From: a virus
Taxonomy: Duplodnaviria; Caudoviricetes
Strand: one strand, 5' to 3'
Length of the DNA stretch: 36,975 nucleotides
Virus record (IMG/VR): IMGVR_UViG_3300017780_004945
Span: 1-36,975 of that record
Positions within the stretch are counted from its first letter, which is position 1; each line of letters starts with the position of its first letter. The notes under the pieces were generated by a model. That model was not told where the DNA came from. It was given only the letters and a program-made list of their open reading frames with translations, and searched no databases. Positions 8,255 to 19,314 of this stretch are shown piece after piece. Made by a program: the position numbers and the translations under genes.

Positions 8255-10899
8255 AATTAAAAGTAAAGGGCTTGTATCTCTCGCCAAACGATTATAGCAG
8301 CGTTCCTCTTGGAGCCTTACTAGAAGCGTCCAACGGCGTGATTGATAAAGATTCAGTATTTGACACAAGGCGAGGTCAAACGTTCTACAGCTCTGCGGCT
8401 TTCGCATCAACTGTAGATATGATGTACAATTACAACAATACGCTACTAGTGCATTTTGGCACCACCTTAGCCTATGACGCTGGCGCAGGTGTTTTTACAA
8501 ATTACACAGGTTCTTTCGCAGATCCTGATACCGATTTTAAGATTCGATCCGTTGAAGCCAATCAGAACTTCTACTTCACGACGTCCACGGGCATTAAGAA
8601 ACTCGATAGTGTTACCGGAACCCCGACCGACGCGGGCGCACCTCCGGGGCTAGATTTAGGTGGCTCTTTAACGGGCGGATCGGGATTTCTGGCGAACAAT
8701 TTTGGCGTAGGCTACCGCATGCTTTGGGGATACAAAGACGCTAACAACAATTTGATTCTTGGTTCACCTTCTCAACGATTCACCCTTGAAAACACAACGG
8801 GCGGCTCTCGGGATGTATCTCTTAACTTTTCCATTCCTGATGGAATTACTACGGCTTGGTTTTATCAGGTGTACCGTACCTCTCAAACAGCAGCAGGAAC
8901 AACGCCTAACGATGAGATGTACTTGTGTTTAGAGGGCAATCCGACCAGCGGAGAAATTGCAGCTAATCTTCTTACCGTCACCGATTCGACTCCGGACGCT
9001 TTACTAGGACCAACGCTTTACACTTCGCCAACGCAGCAAGGAATCGAGAACGGAAACCTTCCACCTCCTTTCGCGAAAGACATCGCTTTATTCAACGGTC
9101 TGACTCTGTACGCCAACACCAGAAATAAAAACCGTATGTTCCTAACCTTGCTTGGCTCGAGTGCTCCCGCCCTTGGCTATGTAGCAACAACGGGAGATAC
9201 TCATACCAACACGACTTTGGATGGCCTCGGGACCACAACAAACGTACGAGTCGGAATGAAAGTTCGAGGAACCGGAATTCCCGCAACCTCAAGGGTTTTG
9301 ACCATAGACAGCCCTACCGCAGTGACTTTGACCGTAGCCGCTACAGCCACGGCGGCAGGTGTAACCATTGAGTTTGAGGACGTGGTTACTCTGGCAGGAA
9401 CGGAATACTACGCTAGCGCTGCCGAAAGTGTAGCGGATCGGGAGTTTTTAGCCGCGTCTGCAGGAACACCGGCGGAAGACATTGAAGATACCGCGCTGAG
9501 TCTCGTCAAAGTGATTAACCGAAACGCCACCAACACCTCGATCTATGCCTATTACACCTCGGGATACAATGAGCTTCCTGGTAAGATCACCCTAGAAGAA
9601 AGAGCGGTGGGCGGAGCTACATATTATGCAACGTCAACCAACGGAACTTCCTTCAACCCTACGTTGCCCACGAGCGGCACGACTATGGCCTCTACCAACG
9701 ATGAAAAGCAAAATGGAATCTTCATTTCTAAGAATGACCAGCCCGACGCTGTGCCGATTTATGCATTCGTTTATGCAGGATCAGCAAACAAGCCTATCCG
9801 TCGAATCATAGCGCTTCGAGACTCGGTCTTTATCTTTAAGGATGATGGAATCTTTCGATTCACAGGCAACGACTTTGCGAGCGCGGTCATTTCCCTCTTT
9901 GATAGCTCCAAGAAGCTTTACGCGTACAACTCGCCAGCGGTCTTTGACAACCAGATCTTTTGCTTTGTGGATGATGGCGTCGTCGCCGTGTCCGAGCAAG
10001 GCGTACAGCTTATCTCCAAACCCATTGAGAACGTCCTACTTGTCATTTCTCAGTACAGCAACTTTCAGGCGAACACGTTTGGCGTCGGATACGACTCGGA
10101 TCGTAAATACATGCTTTGGACCATTGACACGTCCGACGATACATACGCTCAGACGGCCTACGTGTGGAACGCGATCACAGGCACCTGGACCATATGGGAT
10201 TTGCCAAGGTATGCAGGAATCATCGCCGATGGAGACAACAAGCTCTACATGTCGCAGCCTGTAAATAATTTTGTCTACGTCGAACGAAAGTCATTTACCT
10301 ATTTTGATTATGCAGACGAAAGCTATGCCATTAACATTTCCGCGGTAAACAGCAACGTTATTACGGTCAATAGCGTAGCAAACGTTTTGGTAGGCGATGC
10401 AATACGACAAGGCACAAGAGTGGCGCTTGTGGAAGAGATCAACGGCCTAGACCTTACCCTAAATTACGTACTCTCCTGGACTATTGCGGCTGCGACCGTG
10501 GACAAGCCGTTTGTCGTTCGCATCTCGTACGTTCCTTTAGACGCGGACAATCCAAGTATCGTGAAGCATTTCCCAGAAGCCACCTACTTCTTTAAAGAGG
10601 CAAATTTTCAAGATATCCTTTCAGGATTTTCATCTAATAACGCCTCTGAAGAGCAATTTAGTTTACCTCAACCCACCAACGCCTCGGGAGATTTCGGCAG
10701 TGGGATTTACGGGGCCTCACCCTATGGTGGCCTGAATATTACGGCTGGCCGCGTAGCGATACGTACCTACTTGCCTTTGGAGCCTTCTCGCGCCAACTGG
10801 GTCACTGCTTCGCTTGAGCTAGAGGAACCATTTGCGAACATTTCCTTTATGGGGATGAGCTATTTACTTAACCCCATGCAAACGAAGTTGATCGTATGA
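8242..10899 (+). CDS. Tail nozzle / stabilisation protein (tail tubular protein B-like)
   Basis: About 885 aa, beta-propeller-like (IIALRDSVFIFKDDGIFRFTG, ISKPIE, YVWNAITGTWTIWD), in the expected position. ATG 8242 is preferred as start. Confidence 0.7.
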   Translation: MEKLELKVKGLYLSPNDYSSVPLGALLEASNGVIDKDSVFDTRRGQTFYSSAAFASTVDMMYNYNNTLLVHFGTTLAYDAGAGVFTNYTGSFADPDTDFKIRSVEANQNFYFTTSTGIKKLDSVTGTPTDAGAPPGLDLGGSLTGGSGFLANNFGVGYRMLWGYKDANNNLILGSPSQRFTLENTTGGSRDVSLNFSIPDGITTAWFYQVYRTSQTAAGTTPNDEMYLCLEGNPTSGEIAANLLTVTDSTPDALLGPTLYTSPTQQGIENGNLPPPFAKDIALFNGLTLYANTRNKNRMFLTLLGSSAPALGYVATTGDTHTNTTLDGLGTTTNVRVGMKVRGTGIPATSRVLTIDSPTAVTLTVAATATAAGVTIEFEDVVTLAGTEYYASAAESVADREFLAASAGTPAEDIEDTALSLVKVINRNATNTSIYAYYTSGYNELPGKITLEERAVGGATYYATSTNGTSFNPTLPTSGTTMASTNDEKQNGIFISKNDQPDAVPIYAFVYAGSANKPIRRIIALRDSVFIFKDDGIFRFTGNDFASAVISLFDSSKKLYAYNSPAVFDNQIFCFVDDGVVAVSEQGVQLISKPIENVLLVISQYSNFQANTFGVGYDSDRKYMLWTIDTSDDTYAQTAYVWNAITGTWTIWDLPRYAGIIADGDNKLYMSQPVNNFVYVERKSFTYFDYADESYAINISAVNSNVITVNSVANVLVGDAIRQGTRVALVEEINGLDLTLNYVLSWTIAAATVDKPFVVRISYVPLDADNPSIVKHFPEATYFFKEANFQDILSGFSSNNASEEQFSLPQPTNASGDFGSGIYGASPYGGLNITAGRVAIRTYLPLEPSRANWVTASLELEEPFANISFMGMSYLLNPMQTKLIV

Positions 10900-11312
10900 A
10901 GCTGCCGATTTTTAAACGCGTCAATCGTGAGCAATTTCCCGATGACGTGTCATGGATTGGGAACTTACTCTATCCACTAAACAACTTCTTCGAGACAGTT
11001 TACAACATTTTCAATAAAAATTTGACTTTCGAAGATAATTTTCAAAGTTTCACAAAAAACCTTCAATTTAGTACAAACTCATCGTACACTACTGGCATAT
11101 GGGACGTGATTAGCATTGCTATCCCTGATACTTTTAAAAACAGAGTTTCAGGAGTAATTATGCTTCAATTTGGCCCACAAGACACCTCTCTTACAGCAGA
11201 CATTCAAGGCATCTATCTTTCGTGGGTAGAAGACAACGGACAACTACAAATCAATTGGATTGGCGGCCTTGCCGATAGCACAATCTATAACATGAGGATT
11301 TTGGTGGTCTGA
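10896..11312 (+). CDS. Tail-associated hypothetical protein
   Basis: 138 aa, translationally coupled between the nozzle and ejection genes. Confidence 0.6.
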   Translation: MKLPIFKRVNREQFPDDVSWIGNLLYPLNNFFETVYNIFNKNLTFEDNFQSFTKNLQFSTNSSYTTGIWDVISIAIPDTFKNRVSGVIMLQFGPQDTSLTADIQGIYLSWVEDNGQLQINWIGGLADSTIYNMRILVV

Positions 11313-12679
11313 TGGCATGGGTTTATGATGACAAGAAGAACGAACTGTACGATGATACCAACGGGGTAATTGATCTCTCCGGCGCCGCCGGTTCACCGAC
11401 GGGCACGACTCCAACATCAGGCGTATCGGTAGGATCAAGCCCCAGTCCCACAAGCTCAGGACAATTCACCGACATTAATAAATACTTATCTCTCAACCAG
11501 CCCAAGACTGAAGCTCTTGGCCAAAAGGTAGCAGGTGGGGTCGAGAACACAGTTAACACTGTAGAGAGCGGTCTTTCGGGCGCTCAAAACGAATTCAATC
11601 AGCAGATCGGTCAAGCCGGTCCTCAGATTGCGCAGGATCAATACAACAAACTTGTAAACCCGATGGATCTAGTAGAGTTCACCAAGAATCCGGACAATGT
11701 TTCTAAGTTTCAATCAGACTTTGCAGGTACCTACCAAGGGCCAAGCTCTTTTCAAGACATCAACAACTATGATGATCTCTTTGATTCTTTAGATAAAGCC
11801 AACAAGGTTAAGGATCAGTTTGAAACGTCTGGCGGTCGTCAAGAACTAATTAAAGATGTGTATACCGATCCTTCTCGCGCAAAAGCAGGAATGCTCGGGC
11901 TTGATGAAGCTCTTCTCAATCAAACCCCAAGCGCCTATGCTCCGGTAAAGACACAAGTGGACCGCACGCAGGACTTGCAGGATCGATTCGATCAGATTTC
12001 ACAAAGTTCCTCGCAACAGATTCAAGACACTCAGAAAGCTTTAGCGGAACGATCCAAAGATATTCAAAGTAAATTTCTTGGTGAAGGCGGAATCTACGGA
12101 ACGTTGCAATCCAACATTGATAAACGAGTTCAAGACGTATCTTCGCAGGGCGAGAGAGCTGCTGCTGAGGCTAAAAACTGGCTTGATCCTAATTGGCTGA
12201 GAGCTAACAACAAGATTACAAGCAACACCTTGGGCAACATGATTGTAAAGCAACAAGAAGTTCCGAAAGAAGCTCTTGAGCAAATGGGAATTACTCAAAC
12301 TCAATATGCAAACCTTGTTAACCGATATTTAGAGCCTAAATATTTTCAAGAGAAAATCGATCAAACCCCGCATGAGGGAAGCGCGCTTGACCCCGACTGG
12401 TACAATCAAGCTGGAAACTGGGGAGAATACGTGACGTATGGAACTCCGACGACTGGAAACATTTCCAGGGACACAGTCGCGACGGCGGATGAGTATGCGC
12501 AGCTTGCAGCTCTTGAACAACTAATGGGCGATCAAATTAATGAGAATTTTATCACGACGCCGGACAAAGCAGGGAGCTACAGCAATGACTTCGTTGATTT
12601 CGATTACGATAGACTTTTAGAGTACTTAAAAGACCCAAGATATTTACGGCCTGTCGTATCTTCAGCGGGGCCAATTTAG
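11312..12679 (+). CDS. Probable internal virion (ejection) protein
   Basis: 455 aa, Q/D/N-rich and helical; first of four large genes after the nozzle. Confidence 0.5.
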   Translation: MAWVYDDKKNELYDDTNGVIDLSGAAGSPTGTTPTSGVSVGSSPSPTSSGQFTDINKYLSLNQPKTEALGQKVAGGVENTVNTVESGLSGAQNEFNQQIGQAGPQIAQDQYNKLVNPMDLVEFTKNPDNVSKFQSDFAGTYQGPSSFQDINNYDDLFDSLDKANKVKDQFETSGGRQELIKDVYTDPSRAKAGMLGLDEALLNQTPSAYAPVKTQVDRTQDLQDRFDQISQSSSQQIQDTQKALAERSKDIQSKFLGEGGIYGTLQSNIDKRVQDVSSQGERAAAEAKNWLDPNWLRANNKITSNTLGNMIVKQQEVPKEALEQMGITQTQYANLVNRYLEPKYFQEKIDQTPHEGSALDPDWYNQAGNWGEYVTYGTPTTGNISRDTVATADEYAQLAALEQLMGDQINENFITTPDKAGSYSNDFVDFDYDRLLEYLKDPRYLRPVVSSAGPI

Positions 12680-12694
12680 GTTAGGAGAACTAGT

Positions 12695-13558
12695 ATGGGA
12701 ATCATGTCAGGAATTTTAGATTTAGTTTCAGGGGACTCAGAAGATTACTTTACCAATGTAACGACGCCCAATGTCGAGGACATGAGGCTTAAATTAGACG
12801 AATATGTCTTGCAAGGGCTGATGACGCCCGACGAAGCTCAGTATTTTGCACAAAATCCTAGTGAGTTTGAGCAGATTCAATCCGATCCTCAATTTAAAGA
12901 AGCTCAAATGGCGGCTTTATCTGGACTCCAAGATTATGCAAATGAGGGAGGCTTAAACGCACAAGCAAGAGGGAGGCTAAATGATATCGCGAAAGAAGAA
13001 GGCATCAGGGAACGAGGAGCGCGTGAAGCTGTACTTCAAAATGCGAATGCTCGAGGCGTTGGAGGCTCGGGACTCGAGTTTCTTAGCCAGCTTAAAAACC
13101 AGCAAGAATCCGCATCAAGGCAAAGTGATCGAGATACTCAAGTTGCGGCGGATGCTGAAATGCGAGCCCTAGACGCATTAGTAAGAAGCGGATCGATGGC
13201 GGGAGACATTCGAGGTCAGGACTTTTCGGAGCAAGCACGTAAAGCGGAAGCAATGGACGCGATCAACCGATTTAACACCGGAAACATGATCCAAAATTCT
13301 CAGTTTAATACGGGCATTCGCAATCAGGCGCAGCAATACAACCTTGATACAAAGCAAGGTCTATCCGATGCCAATACGAATATTCGCAATAAGCAGCAGG
13401 GCTACAACAAGGAATTGTTGCAACAGGACTACAACAACAAAATGAGACAAGCCGCAGCTCGCGCAGGTGCATTTACGGAAGACTATGAAAGAAAACGTCG
13501 AGGCGTCGGAGATGTTGAAAAAGGTATAGGCGAAATGTTTAAAGCGGGAGCGTTCTAA
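12695..13558 (+). CDS. Probable ejection (pilot-like) protein
   Basis: Q/A/N-rich helical protein with an ARGVGGSGLE motif; AGGAG RBS. Confidence 0.6.
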   Translation: MGIMSGILDLVSGDSEDYFTNVTTPNVEDMRLKLDEYVLQGLMTPDEAQYFAQNPSEFEQIQSDPQFKEAQMAALSGLQDYANEGGLNAQARGRLNDIAKEEGIRERGAREAVLQNANARGVGGSGLEFLSQLKNQQESASRQSDRDTQVAADAEMRALDALVRSGSMAGDIRGQDFSEQARKAEAMDAINRFNTGNMIQNSQFNTGIRNQAQQYNLDTKQGLSDANTNIRNKQQGYNKELLQQDYNNKMRQAAARAGAFTEDYERKRRGVGDVEKGIGEMFKAGAF

Positions 13559-14817
13559 TGGATCTATTCGACGAAGAAGAATTAAGACGCCAGCAAGCTA
13601 TGCAAGGCCCGAAAGAAGACTTGATGTCGCAAGTACCGACTCAAGAAATGCCTCCGAGTCTTGTTGACATGCTTATTGCTAAATATCCTGAGAGGCTTGC
13701 GGGACTTAAGGCAGATCGAGAGAAACGATTAGCTGAGTTCGACCAAAAGAATGATATCGGCGGCGGATCTCGTTTTCTTGCAGGCATTGCGGGAGCATTA
13801 GGCGCTGGAGATTCAACGGAAATTCTTCAAACCAAACGCAACAACATTCTATCTAAGAGAAAGAACCTAGAGTCTTTGCTCGATCAAGACAGACGCGACG
13901 TTGAAGGCGAGCTTGATTTCGGCAAGACAGCCATTGGCCTTAAGCGTGACGAAACACGGGATCAGCGCGAAGGAATTAAGTTTAAACAAGAGCAAGAAGA
14001 TTACGCAACGGAACGAGATTTGAAGGCCAGGGAAAGTGATCCAAATTCCAAAGAGTCAGCTTTTGCTAACCAATTAGCGAAAGAGATGGGTTACAAAGGT
14101 AGGCCTTTAACAGCTGCGGAGTTCAAAGACAAAAGCAAATACTTTGAAAAAATTTATGACATGAAAGCTAAGGACCGTGACTTCAATCAACAGGAAAGGC
14201 ATTTCAATCAAACACTAGCGCAACGAGCCGCCGATAGAGCCCTACAGCGGGAGAGTAACGCAAAAGAGGATAACTGGCGTAAAATGATGACTATCCAAAA
14301 ATTTGAAGAGGAAGCACCAAAGAGAGCTTACAACAACTTGCCTGAAGAGAAAAAACAAACCATTGAAGGTTTAGCCAAAAAGAATGTCAATAAAGTGGCG
14401 ATTGCGAATCAAATCGATTCTGTCATATCCAACTGGGATTCTTTAACTGAAAGTGAAAAGCTTATTCAGGGTAGGCAGCTTATCAAAACGTTAAACTCAG
14501 CAGAAGGCGCCGATGCGGTAGGTACTGAAGAGGCAAAACGTTTGGGTTCAAACTTAGAATTTGCGATGGGCAATCTAACAAATGATAATCCAATTCAATT
14601 TGGTAGAAATTTAAAAGGGTTTAAGAAACAATCAGAAGACACTTCAAAAGCGATTCGTCGCGCAATTAACATGAACAACGATTTGATCGATGAGGCTTAT
14701 GGTAGGCCTAGATCTAGTGGATCTAAATCTTATGGCGACGATGTGAAAGCTTATGCAGCTAAACATGGCATTTCACTTGAAGCCGCACAAGCGCAAAAAG
14801 ATGCGAGGGGTGGGTAA
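13558..14817 (+). CDS. Probable ejection protein
   Basis: 419 aa charged coiled coil with a Gly/Ala hydrophobic patch (FLAGIAGALGAG). Confidence 0.55.
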   Translation: MDLFDEEELRRQQAMQGPKEDLMSQVPTQEMPPSLVDMLIAKYPERLAGLKADREKRLAEFDQKNDIGGGSRFLAGIAGALGAGDSTEILQTKRNNILSKRKNLESLLDQDRRDVEGELDFGKTAIGLKRDETRDQREGIKFKQEQEDYATERDLKARESDPNSKESAFANQLAKEMGYKGRPLTAAEFKDKSKYFEKIYDMKAKDRDFNQQERHFNQTLAQRAADRALQRESNAKEDNWRKMMTIQKFEEEAPKRAYNNLPEEKKQTIEGLAKKNVNKVAIANQIDSVISNWDSLTESEKLIQGRQLIKTLNSAEGADAVGTEEAKRLGSNLEFAMGNLTNDNPIQFGRNLKGFKKQSEDTSKAIRRAINMNNDLIDEAYGRPRSSGSKSYGDDVKAYAAKHGISLEAAQAQKDARGG

Positions 14818-14821
14818 TTAA

Positions 14822-16468
14822 ATGGCATGGGATGATGAACCACCAGATGCAAAAATATTGGCCAAATCGTCAAACTGGGATGATGAGCCACCGGACCCTA
14901 AAATATTAGAAACAACGTCAAAGCCCAAAAATGATGTTTCTAAGCTTGAATCTTTAGGCCGTGGTGCTGCTCAGGGGGCATCGCTAGGCTTTGGCGACGA
15001 GGGTAGCGGTATTTTAGAGTACGGTATCGGCAAGCTCATGGACAAGATCAAGGGCACCGATGTTTATGACGACGCCTCTTACTCAAAACTCAGAGATGAG
15101 CATCGAAAAGATAATACGTCTTCTAGGGAAGCAAATCCATGGGTTTACGGTTCAGGATCGCTTGTGGGTGGATTGCCTAGTGCGATAGCAACAGGGGGAG
15201 CGACCAAAGCCCCTGCTATGATTGCAGCAGGTACGGGGATGGGTGGTGTCACAGGACTAGGAATGTCAGAGGCAGACACAGCATCTGGCATGGCGAAGGA
15301 TGCCGGAATAGGTGCAGGATTTGGGGCAGCAGGCGCAAGTATCGCTAAGCTTGTCAGTAAATTCGGTCCTGAACTTGTCGCAAAGGTCGCACCAGGCCTT
15401 GCGAAAAAACTTGGAATTGGTGCAGAGAAAATGGCTGTTAATGCCACTGGAGCCACTGCGCTTGAAAAAGCAGATATGAAAACTGGCACAGGTAGGTATT
15501 TATTAGACGAAGGTCAAGTTGGCTGGCTCTCTTCACCTAGAAACATTTACAACAATTCTAAAACATCCATGAAGTCGGCGGGTGAGGGAATTGAATCTGT
15601 GTTAACAAGTTTGGATGAAACGGGAAGCACAGTAGATGCAAATGCTATTTTATCAAAAATTGATGACCAAATTAAAGATCTTTCAAAAAACCCTTCTCAA
15701 GCTTCTGTCGTAAGACAATTAGAAGGTTACAAAGATGACATCTTAAATGCATGGATTGCAACAGCGGGTAAAGGTTTTGCTCCTTCAGAGGCTGAGGCTA
15801 TTAAAAAAGGTTACCAGCAGTTGGCTAAAAATGCCTATGGTGAATTAGGAAGAAAAGAGTCAACAAAGGCTGCAGGTTATATTTTTAGAGAATCTGTAGA
15901 GGATTTGGCTGAAAAAGTAAATCCTAAGGCTGCAGAGGCCTTTCTAAAAGAAAAAAACACTTATGGAATGTTGGCACCCGTTGCAAAGGCTGCAAAGAGA
16001 AGGGCCGACGTTTTAGACCAAAGTCCTTTGGGTGGTCCTGGCGACTTGATGATGGCGGCTGGCGGCGTTCTAGCAACAGGAAACCCTTTGGGCGCATTGG
16101 CACCATTGGCCAGAAGATCTTTAGTTCCTAGACTTCCCTCATTTTTAGCCAAGTCATTGGATGCATCATCTCGTGGGGCTTCAAAATTGCCAGGCATTGT
16201 AAATCAAGCTGCTCCTATGCTGAATGCTCCAATTCAGTCTGGCGTTCGAAGTCAATCTCAATCCGTGATCGAGAACAAAAAGAAGCAAGATCAAAACATA
16301 CCCATTGAGAAAATGGGCAAGTTTTCAAGCTCGCTCATGAAAGCTAAACAGCGCGGCCCTCAAGCGTTAGCCGTGGCAAACTACGTTTTATCAAATAGCA
16401 ATCCTGAATATCGGGAGATGCTTAGACAACAAAAAGAACAAGAAGAAGGAGAGCAATATTATGGCTGA
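14822..16468 (+). CDS. Probable large ejection / DNA-transfer protein
   Basis: Two WDDEPPD motifs at the N-terminus, an RGAAQGASLGFGDE motif and Gly/Ala-rich membrane-like segments typical of podophage ejection proteins. Confidence 0.65.
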   Translation: MAWDDEPPDAKILAKSSNWDDEPPDPKILETTSKPKNDVSKLESLGRGAAQGASLGFGDEGSGILEYGIGKLMDKIKGTDVYDDASYSKLRDEHRKDNTSSREANPWVYGSGSLVGGLPSAIATGGATKAPAMIAAGTGMGGVTGLGMSEADTASGMAKDAGIGAGFGAAGASIAKLVSKFGPELVAKVAPGLAKKLGIGAEKMAVNATGATALEKADMKTGTGRYLLDEGQVGWLSSPRNIYNNSKTSMKSAGEGIESVLTSLDETGSTVDANAILSKIDDQIKDLSKNPSQASVVRQLEGYKDDILNAWIATAGKGFAPSEAEAIKKGYQQLAKNAYGELGRKESTKAAGYIFRESVEDLAEKVNPKAAEAFLKEKNTYGMLAPVAKAAKRRADVLDQSPLGGPGDLMMAAGGVLATGNPLGALAPLARRSLVPRLPSFLAKSLDASSRGASKLPGIVNQAAPMLNAPIQSGVRSQSQSVIENKKKQDQNIPIEKMGKFSSSLMKAKQRGPQALAVANYVLSNSNPEYREMLRQQKEQEEGEQYYG

Positions 16469-16799
16469 AACAACGGGACCGGTAGCGGCACAAAGATTTA
16501 CTGAGGACACCTTAATGGGCGTCTTTGGAACACCCTTAACAACAACTGTAAACGCTTTCGACGCAGCTGTGGCTACGACAGGGTTAGTGACAGCGAAATG
16601 GTATCGATTTGTTGCTACCCAAGATTGTCACATTCTTTTCGCAGCAAGCGGAAATGCAACGACTTCGGATATGTTTTTAAAAGCGGGTGTACCTGAGACG
16701 TTTTACTTAGGTGGAGGTCTTACGCGAGTGTCTGTTATTAAAAACACGACGGGCGGAAATCTTTACATAACCCAAATGCAAACCAATCCAAAAGCATAA
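16461..16799 (+). CDS. Small virion structural protein
   Basis: 112 aa, beta-rich, with an AAGGAG RBS, preceding the large adhesin gene. Confidence 0.55.
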   Translation: MAETTGPVAAQRFTEDTLMGVFGTPLTTTVNAFDAAVATTGLVTAKWYRFVATQDCHILFAASGNATTSDMFLKAGVPETFYLGGGLTRVSVIKNTTGGNLYITQMQTNPKA

Positions 16800-16806
16800 G
16801 GGTGAG

Positions 16807-19302
16807 ATGCCAAGAAACCTTAAGATAACTTCAGGTGGAGGAGCGGTAGCACCTTTTGTATATCCGAAGGCTGGCAACATCGTCTTTCGGCACGATATCT
16901 ACGACGGCGACACGACTGCGCAGGTAGGGTCGTACACTTACTCGCGCACGGGTACGGTGGCGTATGAGAAAAATGCCGAAGTGGTTTCTGTAGGCGCTAA
17001 TGTTCTGCCTATTGGCGCCCAGAAGCTAGGTGGCACTGAAACGATGTCAGGTCTTTACCTGATGGGGCAAATAACAAACTTTCTCCTTTACTCAGAGGAC
17101 TTCGAAAATGCTGTATGGACAGACATAGGAACTCCAACAGTAACACTGCAAGCAACATCAGGCCCTGATGGCGGTCCCGCTTTCTTGATTTCTGGAACAA
17201 CTGCAGGGGATGGGCTTGCGCAAGATTCTGGGCTGTCGACAGGAACAACCTTTCCTCATGTATTTACGTGTTACCTTAAAACCACAACAGGCACGGCAAC
17301 GGCTAGACTTAAGGTAGTGGATGCTAGCGGAGTGAGTGGTACATTTGTTGACTGCCCTTTAACGACAACCTGGAAACGCTTTGAAGTCCCTTATACCTTT
17401 GCTTCTATCTCTACAAGTGTGCGGGTTCAGATTATTGTTAATAGTCAAACCAATATCGTTGCAACCAAGGCGCAACTAGAAAGCTTTAGTAGTGTATCGA
17501 GTGGAAGGCGTGAGCGTTTTTCTACAGCGAACCCGTATGTAAAGACAACCTCTGCCACAGCTTCCAGTGGGAATACTACCTATGAAATTCCCAATGCAGT
17601 GATATCTGGGATTGCCACAAAAGGAACCATATCCCTTTGGATTATGCCTGAGTATGACGGCGTAGATATAACCAATTCAAACGGCTACTTGTTCTCGATT
17701 AATGAGGAAGTTTTTGCAGGGATTCCTCGTAAATCGGAGGGAATGCTCTTTAAGATTAATGGGACAGATACGGTTAGTTCTAACACCCATGCAGTTTATT
17801 ATATGAGCCCTCATGTGTGGAATCATTACGTATATACCTGGGATACAGGGACAGATACATATTCTATGTACCGCAATGGGGAGCTTCAACAAACATCCAA
17901 CAATGTTTTATCTGCCATAAATATTGGAGCAAACAACCTGTACATAGGTAGAAACTCCGTGAACTTAGCGTACGTCCATGCGGATATGATTTTCTCAGAG
18001 ATCCTTATTTGGGATGAGCCATTGAATGCAACGGAAGCTTTAGAAATGTATAACCATAAGGCGCCTGCAGCAATTCTCGCAGGGCCAGGAACGGGTAAGA
18101 TCTTTAGCGTTACCTTATCTAACTCCCCTGTCCCTACCATTGGCGATACCAAGTATTTCCTTGGTCACAGAATGTCAGGGCAACCGTATTATTACGATTC
18201 TCCCACAACCATGAAACAGTTTAACCCGATTGATTATGCTGCCCCAGCGTATCCCTTGGGAGGGTACAATAAGGGAGGCTTGCAGTTCTTTGGGCAGAAC
18301 ACAAACTACATCTTGCAGAGTGAAGCGCCTGGAACAACCTGGACGGCGGTCGGCGCACCAACGATTACCAATAGTGTTGGAACATTCCTTGGAACACTTA
18401 GCTATGGAACCATTAATGGAGTTAGCGGCGAAGGAATACAACAATCTGCCACCTTTGTTTCTGCAAATGATGAGTGTGTAGGCTCATGTTTTGTGTCAGT
18501 AGCTTCGGGAACACTTGATTTTACGATTGGGCTAGAAGGAGACAGTGGGGGTACGCCTGAAAGTTCAAATCAAACATTTACAGCCACAACCACACCCCAA
18601 AGATTCTCTTTTTACAAATCATTTACAGGCGCAGCGACAGGCAATGTAAGGCTTAAGATTCTACTCGCGGCCACAGGAACCCTACGAATCTCAGGGATGA
18701 TGCTAGAACGTGAGAACGACGGTCCTCCTACTCCATTTGCTAAAAACGCTCAGGATTACATTAAAACAACTACAACGACTCAAACCACAGGCAATAGCTA
18801 CGGGTATTACCGTATGCAAAATTCAATCAACATGCTTAAAGGAACCATTATTGCGTGGGGCTTTCTGTATGTGAAGAACCCTGACGACTTTATAGCTGCA
18901 AACGGTCCGACCATTTTAGGGATGCCAGGGCAATACAATGATGGCTTTTACTTTCACCACGAAATTGATGCGTTAGATTTTATCTACACGTCGATTGCGA
19001 ACCGCTACACGCCTTTTACTTCGGACCGAAACATTTGGTACCACTATGCAATTGCGTACGATGCCACGGGTGGCACACCTGACTATAGGTTGTATAGAGA
19101 TGGGGTTCTGCTTCAGCAAACAAATTCGGCTGTAACCTTAAAGTTGTGGCCTAGATTTGGTTTAATCGGAGGCGATTTACTCGGTGGCAATCATGACCAT
19201 TGGCAGGGAGCCATCGACACATTAGACATTTACGGATCAGCGATATCAACGGCCGATATTCTAGCTGATTTTAACGCAACCAAGGCCGCGTACGGAAAGT
19301 AA
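16807..19302 (+). CDS. Receptor-binding / fibre protein with two [carbohydrate-binding-like + LamG] modules
   Basis: Paired motifs: TNFLLYSEDF/TNYILQSE, PYVKTT/DYIKTT, KGTISLW/KGTIIAW, WNHYVYTWD/WYHYAIAYD, MYRNG/LYRDG. Confidence 0.75.
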   Translation: MPRNLKITSGGGAVAPFVYPKAGNIVFRHDIYDGDTTAQVGSYTYSRTGTVAYEKNAEVVSVGANVLPIGAQKLGGTETMSGLYLMGQITNFLLYSEDFENAVWTDIGTPTVTLQATSGPDGGPAFLISGTTAGDGLAQDSGLSTGTTFPHVFTCYLKTTTGTATARLKVVDASGVSGTFVDCPLTTTWKRFEVPYTFASISTSVRVQIIVNSQTNIVATKAQLESFSSVSSGRRERFSTANPYVKTTSATASSGNTTYEIPNAVISGIATKGTISLWIMPEYDGVDITNSNGYLFSINEEVFAGIPRKSEGMLFKINGTDTVSSNTHAVYYMSPHVWNHYVYTWDTGTDTYSMYRNGELQQTSNNVLSAINIGANNLYIGRNSVNLAYVHADMIFSEILIWDEPLNATEALEMYNHKAPAAILAGPGTGKIFSVTLSNSPVPTIGDTKYFLGHRMSGQPYYYDSPTTMKQFNPIDYAAPAYPLGGYNKGGLQFFGQNTNYILQSEAPGTTWTAVGAPTITNSVGTFLGTLSYGTINGVSGEGIQQSATFVSANDECVGSCFVSVASGTLDFTIGLEGDSGGTPESSNQTFTATTTPQRFSFYKSFTGAATGNVRLKILLAATGTLRISGMMLERENDGPPTPFAKNAQDYIKTTTTTQTTGNSYGYYRMQNSINMLKGTIIAWGFLYVKNPDDFIAANGPTILGMPGQYNDGFYFHHEIDALDFIYTSIANRYTPFTSDRNIWYHYAIAYDATGGTPDYRLYRDGVLLQQTNSAVTLKLWPRFGLIGGDLLGGNHDHWQGAIDTLDIYGSAISTADILADFNATKAAYGK

Positions 19303-19314
19303 TATGGAAACCAC

